DNA of 17,350 nt from Azolla caroliniana (taxonomy: Eukaryota; Plantae; Polypodiophyta), in the NCBI GenBank assembly GCA_043228905.1, contig JBHGNT010000702.1, positions 1 to 17,350 of the forward strand. Reading direction: 5' to 3'. Shown here one piece after another: positions 11,208-17,350 of this stretch. Within the stretch, counting starts at the first letter, position 1; each line of letters begins with the position of its first letter. A program made the translations under genes and the position numbers. The notes beneath the pieces were generated by a model. That model did no database searches. It was given only the letters and a program-made list of their open reading frames with translations, and had not been told where the DNA came from.

Positions 11208-11239
<32 letters not shown>

Positions 11240-12399
11240 CCGTAGCGCTAGCCGAGTCGGTAGAGCTACTCATAGCAGTGGTGGACGAAGCTGCAGCTGA
11301 GGAGCTCGAATCGGCAACGGCAGCAACACGTGATGCGCCTGATGCGGCACTGGATGACGACGATTCAGCAGAGGTGCTCGAAGCCGCAGACGAACTTGAG
11401 GGGGCCATGGTGGTCGAAGCGCTGGATGAGACAGTGCTGGAAGCAGAAGAGCTCGACTCCTTCGTACTGCTAGCACTTGAGGACGCCATGGAGTCAGTGG
11501 AGGCGACTGAGCTTGATGAATCCGTGGCGGCGGCAGGACGAGCAGCAGCAGACGTGGAAGAATCCATCGATGCAGATGAGCTGCTGGAGACAGTTGCACT
11601 TGAAGAGGTGACAGCGGAACTGCTCTCCATGCTCGAGGAAGAAGCTGCACTTGATGAACTTGAAACCATGCTGGAGGCGGCAGTGGCTTCAGATGTGCTT
11701 GACGATGAGGCTGCCGACGACATCATCGAGGCGACTGATGTTGAATCAGCGAACGATGCACCGGCGAGCAAGCCCTTGATGGAGTCGCCTGTCAGTGATC
11801 CAGAGAGCGCACCCGACAGCATGCTGGCCAGAGCTCCCATCTCATCGACCGTCGAAGTGGGACTGGCATCGACCGTTGAAGTCAGACCGGTGGAAAAGCT
11901 CTCCGTGACGCTTGTGGCGAAAGTTGAGACACTGGTAGAGTCTACAGAAGCTGAGCTTGAAGCAGGCTCGTCAGAGGGCTCGCCTGCCTGTGCGACCGCA
12001 TTTGCAACTGCATCAGGTTCCTGAGGCCTGAAGAGTCAATTGAATACGTCAGCTCAGTGGATGAAGGCGAAAAGCCCCAGTATCTACTCACTGCCTCTTC
12101 CTGTAAACGCGGACCATCTTGGAAGGATTGAAACCTCCCATCTCGAGGGGACCCCTTCTGCGGTCCTCTGAAAATGAACAAAGAAGTGACACCATGTTAG
12201 CGACATGGAGTAGGTAAAGGTGAAGACGGAGGCAGTACTCACCCATCAACATGCGTCTCATCTCAGCACTGCCTCGAGGCACGTAGTTGCCTCTCATAAC
12301 TTGCTTGGCATCGGCTTGAAGGCCCTCGGACGGTAGCGAACTGGCCAGCAGAACGGCCACCGTGACGAGTTGCAAGAAGGAAGTTGACGCCGGCGTCAT
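9270..12399 (-). CDS. Signal peptide + Ser/Thr/Ala-rich mucin-like ectodomain + seven-transmembrane protein (RTA1/DUF3112-like 7TM), 902 aa; exons 12399-12243, 12167-12092, 12027-10516, 10416-10306, 10244-10133, 10072-9393, 9330-9270
   Basis: Six introns with GTGAGT/GTAAGT donors and CAG acceptors (75, 64, 99, 61, 60, 62 nt) are phase-compatible and give 2709 nt of open frame. Hydrophobic N-terminus FLQLVTVAVLLASS, about 375 aa of S/T/A-rich sequence, GGVPYKNGDLAAS before TM1, and seven hydrophobic segments ending VIFNLVYVLPLWFMTFLLFFV. Confidence 0.85.
11209..11238. repeat. (CTG)10 microsatellite encoding poly-Ser in the mucin stalk (minus strand)
   Basis: Ten perfect CTG units read directly from the sequence. 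Confidence 0.95.
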
Positions 12400-13734
12400 T
12401 GCTGTTGTTCTTATCTAATACGCTTCTCAATTGTGCGTGAGCTTTCGTTGAACCTATGATCAGGCTGTGCGAAGGATTCAGTTCGTTAGAGGATGAGGTT
12501 CGTGTCTCGCGAGGGAAGTCGGATGGTTTGATGGGTTCGTCTGCACAGCAGTACGAAGGGATGCGGATGAGTAGAGCGAGATGCGAACGAACTGGTCGTT
12601 GCGTTGAGAGGGGTGAGCGCTAAGAGAACGTTACAAGACAAAGAAGGAGGAGATTGGATCGCTGCGCTCTCATCTACTTATAGGTTCCCTGAGAGGTTAG
12701 ATGATCCATCGTCTGACTGGTTCTTACCACATTTCCCTTTCTGCTCGCCTGCCGCATCACATCGCATAAGCGCAGGGCATGCACAGAGCATGGAGGATTG
12801 AATGACGTCCCTCAGGAATCAAACTCAATAATTTTGCATCATGCGTCTGCAGCAATCCATACTTACGACAAGCTCCATGTTCGATGTGATCGATGGGGTT
12901 GGGAAAGAAAGCTGCTAGCCGGCGCTAGCGCACATTGCACATCGCGTCGTTCTCGACGCGTCCCATTCAACGGTCACTCAAAACGGCGCGCAAGCGTGCT
13001 TTGCCCAGCTTTGCCCTGCAATCTCCATGACGGCAAGACATGCTCTTCACGCTTGGATGTTCAACGAAAGTAGCTGACCATGTTCTTCGTTGTGAGGAGG
13101 GGCAAGTCACTTTCGATTTGTCGGGGCTGCGCTGATCGATGCGTGTGACGTTACGTAGATGAGGGGCTTGCGGTGTGGCTGTGTGTGCCTCCCGGCTTGT
13201 ACCTCTTCAGCTCTTGAGCAGTTGATCTTTCAGCAAGGACTCGCCCCTTTATTGTTTGACGGTCGTCTAGTAGATTCAGATCTAACCCTGCCAAACTGAT
13301 CGAACGTGCATTCTGAACATGCACTACCCTCTCGGCATCTTCTCCGGCAGGCTTGACACTGGTCTGACAGTCGGCATCGGACGATGGCAGTCGTGAGAAA
13401 AGATGACGGATGAACTTGCATGCCTCTCGATGGAAGCGTGAACCATGTAACGAGGAAAGTGAAGGCGTGTAGGTAGTTGCTGCATGTAGATAGTGAACGA
13501 ATGATGGTGAAGCGGGATGCGAAGCCGCTGATGGGGTAACAGAGTTAGTGATTTTAAAGCCACGGGAAAGCTATAGTCGATTCTGCTTAAAGCGCAATGT
13601 TCTAATTGTGTGGCAAGACAGTTTGAACGAGGGAGAGAGGGAGGGATGCTTTCGTAACCGCGTAGTTATAGAGTACGCATCGTCTAAGCCAGTGCAAAGG
13701 GCGAGCAATCGCCGGAGGCGTGATGTGCTGCCAT

Positions 13735-15942
13735 TTAGCTTAAACTTGACTTTGTGCTGCTACGACCCCCAGAGCTCCAGAACGGAGGCCTAGGGGGTGC
13801 TGCAAACGAATCGTTTATGCCTGGAATCGCAAGCCGCGAGTCGTGTTGAGGAAGTAATTGTGCAACGCTCCCAGCAGAGCTCCGGTGATTGAGATCTGTC
13901 GTGTCGGGGAACACGTCGGGGCCATACTGATCGCGCAGCTGACTCAGGTAATTCTGCGTGCAGAGGAGAGTATTCAGCAGCTCGTCTATATCTGGGGGAG
14001 CTCATTCGACACTTACGCTCTTGATCGTTCCCACGGCATCCCTGTCAAGTCTATATTGCTTGGGAGTCATGCCTTTTCCAAATGTGTAGGTGACGTGGTC
14101 GCCGCAGAGTAAACTGGTGACGATGCAGAAGAGATGAAACGGCACCAATCCAAACGCGACAGCATAGATCTTGAGCAATGCCTTCCTCTCGAATCGAACG
14201 ATCGGGCCCTTGCAGCCTTCGAGCAGGGCACGACTGAAGCAAACATCGCCGCTTGCAGCTGCCTCGACGAACGGACTGTAGTAGCCACAGCAATTGAGCG
14301 CTTGCTGAACAATCAGACGCTCGGGTGTACTGAAGCCACGGCTCCACAGCTGGTTCATCTTGCCGTCTAGGTTGAATTGTCTGCGCTTGTAGGCAATATA
14401 TCCTGGCGCAACGATGAGACCAAAACACGGCCACAGCAAAAGAGCGTAGAACGAAAGGAACATGCGGTTATTGAGAAGGATCCCGGCCCATCCAAGGATC
14501 ATGGTGAAGATGCAGAGTGCCATGGCTGCGGTACCGAGCTGAATCTCGATCATGTTGGCAGCCAACACCACGTCGGAGTGAGTCCAAATATTCGCCCAAA
14601 GGAGCATGAGCATTGTGAAGAGTACGCATGAGTACACAGTGAGCTTCACAAACGCCGTCAGCGAAGGGTCAGTCAGAGTGCGAAACAAGCTTGTTCGAGC
14701 ACATGCACTTACAAGACTATTGGCCACGACGAGTGTCCACTTGAATTTGTTCCATCGCAGTCGTCGCCCATCAGCACCTCGTGTCTTGATACCCAGCTTG
14801 AGCAGCAGCTTTCCACCTTTACTCTGGGGCAAGCTTTTCACCGTGCGCTCGTCAGAGTAGCCCTTTTGTAGGTGATGAAGCTGACTCGAGTTGGTTGGAT
14901 CGTAACTTTGTCTCGCCGAAAGACGATCCTCGTCCTCGGGACTGCTGGCATCTCGACTGCTCTCTGCCTGATCTTCTTCGTGCCTGACCGTCCTCCTGCG
15001 GATGCCTATCGCCGAGAGCACACCTGCTGATTGTTGCATGGAATTGTGCTCGCTTTCGTCATCGAGCTGGACACCATCGTTGTCTTCGTAGTCGCCAGCG
15101 CCAAGCTCTGGATGTCCACCTCCATCAGGACCCCAAGCTGCTCGTCCTCGACCTCTCTTTGCCATGCGTAGTTGTTGGTCGGGCTTGGAAGGCGATCCAA
15201 TGTCGATAGCTTGCAATTTCGCGTTGGCAATTTCCATGCTGGATGCGCTGAGCGAGGGAGGTGTTTGCCCCGAGCCAAGCCTTCGCGTCGATGTTGATGC
15301 ACCGGGTACCCTCAACCTCGCGCCGGAAGTGCTGTAATTCGTGTCCTCATACAAGCTGTCAGAGGCACTCAGAGGATGCAGGCCCACAGCAGGACTGTTT
15401 GTGAGCGATCGAGGAGGTGTTTCCGGTTGACTGGCGCTCCTGCGTTGAATGGCACCCCATCCAGCCTGAGAGCGAGCCTCGCGACGTGCAGCTGCTCCCC
15501 ACTGTTGACTGCTGCCAGAGATGGACGGCGTCGGGCTCTTGGTGGGCAGGTAGTGGGTGGTGAGGTTGGGCGATGATGGAGCGGAGCTACCTACACTGCC
15601 CGCGATGCCAACGCCCGGGCGAGGTGGCGGAGGCAGCTCAGGCATGAGGTAGATATCTGACAAGTTGGACTGCTCAAGGTTCGAGACGCCCAGACCCCCG
15701 TGGGATGCGTCGAGGGGATGAGTCACATCGTCGTAGGACGATGCCTTGCGCAGATGCTGACCCTCGCTGTCGTCGTAGGGGTTCGGAGTACTGAACCCGG
15801 CTGTCTCTTCATTATGATGCTCGTCAGCATCAGTGTCATCATCGTCTTGCGAAGGATGGGCCACGCGCTCCGACTCGATGGGGAGGCCGCTGTAGTTCGA
15901 CGTCGACTCCTGCCGTTCTGAAGCTCCCTTGGAGCGTGCCAT
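13735..15942 (-). CDS. TSP2: Tetraspanin of the basidiomycete Tsp2 family, 691 aa; exons 15942-14713, 14643-14017, 13953-13735
   Basis: Long disordered N-tail, RWNKFKWTLVVAN, GWAGILLNNR, PGYIAYKRRQFNLDGK, the CCGY motif in the large loop, four TM segments, and HVTYTFGKGMTPKQYRL..NYLSQLRDQYG. Introns are 14712-14644 (GTAAGT..GCTGAC..AAG) and 14016-13954 (GTAAGT..GCAG). In-frame ATGs at 16035/16032 are alternative starts. Confidence 0.9.
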
Positions 15943-16065
15943 GCTGGCGAGACTGTGGGCCGTGAGGGTGCGAGGCTGGATGAGGAGATGAAGAGCGAAA
16001 CGTGAAGGGGTGTAGGTGGTGAAATTGAGCATCATAACAGTTTCCCACTGTCACCGCAACAGTAC

Positions 16066-16107
16066 CGCAACGGCAACGCAACGCCGCAACGCCGCCGCCG
16101 CCGCCGC
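16066..16107. repeat. GCAAC/GCC low-complexity microsatellite in the divergent intergenic region
   Basis: cgcaacggcaacgcaacgccgcaac followed by (GCC)5. (CAT)5 at 16382-16396 and CATT/CATC repeats at about 16504-16523 lie nearby. Confidence 0.7.
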
Positions 16108-16709
16108 GACTCAATCTTAGATTTGCAAGGCCCTCGCATTGCCCATGAGGCCAGCCCACGGCGCAGCCCATCGTGACTGTTGGGCAAACAGATTCGCACC
16201 TGACACACTGACTACGTGCTGCAACGACGGCAGTGACGATGAAGCGAAACTGCTTGCATAGCTTGATGCCGAAGCTTACGACGTTCTTGATGGATGGCCT
16301 TGGCGAGCCTCAGCTCTCGTGCGGATGAGAAAGTTGAGCTACTCCGTGCCTGAGAAGCCCCGGCAGACCGACGTCGCGTGGCATCATCATCATCATGGCG
16401 AAATCTGATCTGGGAACGAGCAACCCCTGAGCGTGGATCGTTCGGCACGCGCGCGCGCTCACTCGCTCCACCTGCAGTCCTCAACAGCCAACCAACCGTC
16501 AAGCATTCATTCATCCATCCATCTATTCCACTCGAGCTCCAGCTCAACTTCTTCCAAAGCCTCACTAACGACCCCATCACGACCTCAATCTAACGAAGCC
16601 ACTCAAGACTCATCACGAACAAAGGACAACGCAACTCTCACGTCAACCCCCAACGCCCGTCCGGGCAAGACCCTGCGCATAAACAACATACCAGCCAGAA
16701 ACCTCAAAC

Positions 16710-17350
16710 ATGGCAGTAGGTCGGCTCTTCGTACCCCGCGCTGCTGCAGTGGAAGCCAGTGCAGTAGACCTCACCACCTTTCCCAAGCTGCTGGCCGCCG
16801 ATGTAAGTGACACGTACAAGGGCCATCACTCCCACGAGCTCGTCGCTGCCCTCGCCCAGCACGCCAGCAAGATGTCGAACCTGGACGCAGAGCTTGCTGC
16901 GCTTGGAAAGGGAGCAGACACTTTCAATGGTCACTCGAGCAGCGACATTGCACAGGCCATCGCTGCCTATGCCAAGACGCACCAGGGACAGAGCATGAGC
17001 GCAGCCATCCTGGCCGTCGGAGCTGGAGGTCAAGCCCTAACCGCGCCCCAATCCCTGGCCATGGAGTCAACCACCGCCACACTTCAAACCGCCTTCTCCT
17101 GGGCGACGCAGCTCGAGGCGCTCAAGTGGGCTCGCGTCATTTACTGCATTACATGGATCGTCGGCGGATTGGCCCTGCTCTTCTTTGGCTTCTCCTCCCT
17201 CTTTTGGTTCTCGAGGCTGGGCGAGCGAAAGGGCCAGTCGGTGCTCTCGGCGGCAACGTCTGCCCTGCCTGGAATGATCGGAGGCGGAAGGAAATCAAAG
17301 AAGAACGCCAGCGGTGCGAGATCCGCCTACTTGGGTGGAGGTGTGGGTGG
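16710..17350 (+). CDS. Membrane protein, 5' part only (runs off the window); possibly DUF4203/TM7S3-like
   Basis: Missing from the ORF track because it has no stop. Open for 213 codons from AAACATGG: MAVGRLFVPRAAA.., an internal 36-aa-period repeat, TM segment VIYCITWIVGGLALLFFGFSSLFWF (17136-17210), then a basic loop and YLGGGVG. The family guess is weak. Confidence 0.75.
   Translation, partial: MAVGRLFVPRAAAVEASAVDLTTFPKLLAADVSDTYKGHHSHELVAALAQHASKMSNLDAELAALGKGADTFNGHSSSDIAQAIAAYAKTHQGQSMSAAILAVGAGGQALTAPQSLAMESTTATLQTAFSWATQLEALKWARVIYCITWIVGGLALLFFGFSSLFWFSRLGERKGQSVLSAATSALPGMIGGGRKSKKNASGARSAYLGGGVG

Noticed and set aside
10894-12024. 376-aa plus-strand Leu/Glu/Ala-rich ORF
   Set aside because: Antisense shadow of the Ser/Thr/Ala-rich exon. 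It has a non-ATG start, and the splice signals and signal peptide support the minus strand.
16803-16859. Possible in-frame intron GTAAGT..CCCAG
   Set aside because: It has no CTRAY branch point and encodes most of one copy of the protein repeat, so it is probably exonic.
1-17350. Prokaryotic systems, CRISPR arrays, tRNA/rRNA genes and transposons
   Set aside because: The sequence is intron-containing fungal DNA, and I saw no spaced direct repeats, cloverleaf, terminal repeats or transposase/RT motifs.

Overview
Gene-dense eukaryotic DNA from a basidiomycete fungus, most likely a smut-type fungus (Ustilaginomycotina; inferred from short GT-AG introns with CTRAY branch points and a Tsp2 tetraspanin). 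The ORF track fragments the genes, so I spliced them by hand into eight models: STN1 (+, 3 exons), kinetochore SOS7 (-, 6 exons), a C2HC zinc-finger protein (+, frame break near 5300-5400), a small secreted LxxR-repeat protein (+, 2 exons), TSR2 (+, frameshifted by an apparent short deletion), a 902-aa signal peptide + Ser/Thr mucin stalk + 7TM protein (-, 7 exons), Tsp2 tetraspanin (-, 3 exons) and the 5' part of a membrane protein (+). The most striking item is the mucin-7TM protein: an adhesion-GPCR-like layout with two Kex2-type sites flanking the ectodomain, invisible in the ORF track because it spans several ORFs. I found no RNA genes, mobile elements or CRISPR arrays. Family calls rest on recalled motifs, not database searches.
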